Below the pieces are notes generated by a model, which had not been told where the DNA came from, searched no databases, and saw only the letters and a list, made by a program, of their open reading frames with translations. Below are positions 61,989-64,000 of a DNA stretch of 64,000 nt, one piece after another. This stretch comes from Tubulanus polymorphus (Eukaryota; Animalia; Nemertea). How positions within the stretch are numbered: the stretch's first letter is position 1; each line of letters starts with the position of its first letter. The stretch is from assembly GCF_964204645.1 (NCBI RefSeq), contig NC_134028.1, forward strand, positions 18,979,653-19,043,652. The letters run 5' to 3'. Position numbers and translations under genes: made by a program.

Positions 61989-64000
61989 CTACACATGAAT
62001 TGCCCTAAAGCAATTATGTTCCCCATTGAAACAGAGCCTAACGTTGCATTTGTCACATGCTGTATCTGTGAACCCCTTTGTGCACATCTTGCAACGGCCC
62101 CTTTTTAGCCCACTTGGGACTTTAGTCCCAGCGGGCTATTGCGTTTACTTTTCGTCCGTCGTCCGTAGACGGAATCCAGTTATTTTGGGAAGTTTTGAAG
62201 ACGCTTCAAGGTAATGTCTTGATATTTGGGTTACACATGTATCTACCCTAGACACATCTTCAGCCCAAAAACTGGCCCTGTCAGAATCAAGATGGCCGAC
62301 TGGCAGCCATTGTTGTTCGCCAAAATCAGCACTTTTTACACATTTTTGAACTTTTTGAGGGAAATTTTGAAGACGCTTTGATCAATTACGGATATATGTG
62401 AATCCCCCCAGGGCCCATCAACATTACAATAATTGGGTCGGTCGGACTCAACATGGCCGTCCTATGACCTTTTTAGTGCCCAAAAATGTTAATTTTGGCC
62501 CGAATTCTGAGTCCTGTAGCTTCCTACTGGTTTGCCATTTCTCATTACAATTTGTGATGGGTATTCTTTGGAAAGGGATGTTTTATACCTGAGACATGTA
62601 TTTTTCATCAGCCAATTATGACGCAATTGGCGGCCATCTTGGTGTCACCAGTACTCATTTGTAAGTGGGAAAAAGTTTTTCCACATTATATTGATACCTA
62701 AGCATATTTTGCTACCACAATCAATTAGAAAGTTGTAGCTCATAACGTGTTCTATGATTGTGGTGAGTTTCAAGGTTATTGGATTTCGTATATGGCCACC
62801 AGGGGGCGTTGAATAATACAATATCTTAGCATTTCTTTATTATATTCGTACCTATGCATATTTTGTAACCACAATCAATTGGAAAGTTGTAGCTCATGAC
62901 ATCATCTATGATTGTTGCGAGTTTTAAGGACATAAGTTTTTCTATATGGTCACCAGGGGGCGTTGAATAGTAGAATAACTTAGTATTTCCTTATTATATT
63001 GGTACCTAGGCATATTTTGTTACCATGATCAATTGGAAAGTTGTAGTTCATGACATGTTCTATGATTGCGGTGAGTTTCGAGGTCATTGGGTTTTGAATA
63101 TGGTCTCCAGGAGGCGTTGAATAGTAGAATGACTTAGTATTTCCATATTAAATTGGTAACGAGGCATATTTTGTTATCACAATCGATTACAAAATCGTAG
63201 CTGCTGACATGTTCTATGATTGTGGTGAGTTTCAAGGTCATTGGTTTTTGTAAATGGTCACCAGGGTGCGTTGAATGTTGAAATTGTTAGATTGTTGAGC
63301 ATTTGAAACCACTTCCCAAGTGGGCATGGTGTCCCTGGACCCCTAGTTTCTAATCTTATTGGCCATCGGCCAGATCCATCCTTCTGCACGTCAGTGACAG
63401 GGGCAGTTCGAATCCGCTTGGGGGGTTTAGGGGACCTTTCATCATCGAGGGGTCTTCCCCTCTTTCTCTGATCATTAACTCCAATGAGTGCTTGGGCAAC
63501 CTTTGCTTGGAAATGCCTATTGCACATAACATTTTTTGTAGGCACACCCAGCAAACGACACTCACCGCGGTACAAAAGCCACGCGTTTACAACTGCAATC
63601 ATCACACTATGCCAAAATAAATAGAGATACCACCTCCTAGATTTGATTGGGTATTTATATAACGCAGTACAAGCATCTAGTAGATCAACTCCCCCCATAT
63701 ATGAATTGTACATCTTGATAATGTTTGGGCGTTCGATCGGTATGTATGTCTTCTGAGATTTATCTCAGCGCTGAACCTGGTCTATTGGTTCAACCCCTAC
63801 AAATATTGAAATTATTGTCACACAGTTGTTGTCAGCCCACTTCACAGCAACAATATTTGAATTTGTATCAACAACCTCTTCATACGACCCTCTTCCCCTT
63901 TTGAATTTGTATCAACAACCTCTTCATACGACCCTCTTCCCCTTTTGAGCAGTATCTTGTCATCACACAATGTACATCGGGGAAGGCGATTTTTACGTAC
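61989..64000 (-). pseudogene. piggyBac transposase 3' part, interrupted by a HINE
   Basis: KWADN and YNSYMGGVDLLD...RRWY...VNAWLLY. The Cys-rich tail GRCKMC...CDKCNVRLC...CF lies at 62101-61989. Confidence 0.85.
62102..63349 (+). mobile_element. Complete HINE (DINE-1/pearl-like non-autonomous Helentron)
   Basis: subTIRs CCCACTTGGGA (62109) and TCCCAAGTGGG (63314), 5' hairpin GGGACTTTAGTCCC, CGTCCGTC tract, ~120-bp tandem units and a CTAG-TTT end. Inserted in a T-run without TSD. Confidence 0.85.

Overview
Metazoan (probably marine invertebrate) AT-rich genomic DNA made almost entirely of nested transposable elements around one recognisable host gene, COX20 (3179-3502, minus). It holds a young full-length BEL/Pao LTR retrotransposon (11457-18192) inserted in one copy of a tandemly duplicated non-coding TIR element (9228-27192), and an older minus-strand BEL element. 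There are three Gypsy elements, a GalEa-like Copia remnant, a CR1/L2-type LINE fragment, two piggyBac remnants, Helentron-type HINEs, several MITE/foldback elements, and IS3EU-like integrase and HECT-like remnants. The most unusual object is a PNMA-gag Gypsy element (33156-41133) with only one LTR. Its left end is an inverted copy of the last ~190 nt of that LTR, fused to a ~340-bp-arm hairpin, and the whole unit carries a clean 4-bp TSD (TTAG). The inverted left end matches the product expected if gag-pol were spliced out as one intron. That left end has also been tandemly triplicated with flanking DNA. All alignments were made by eye; no database searches were run.
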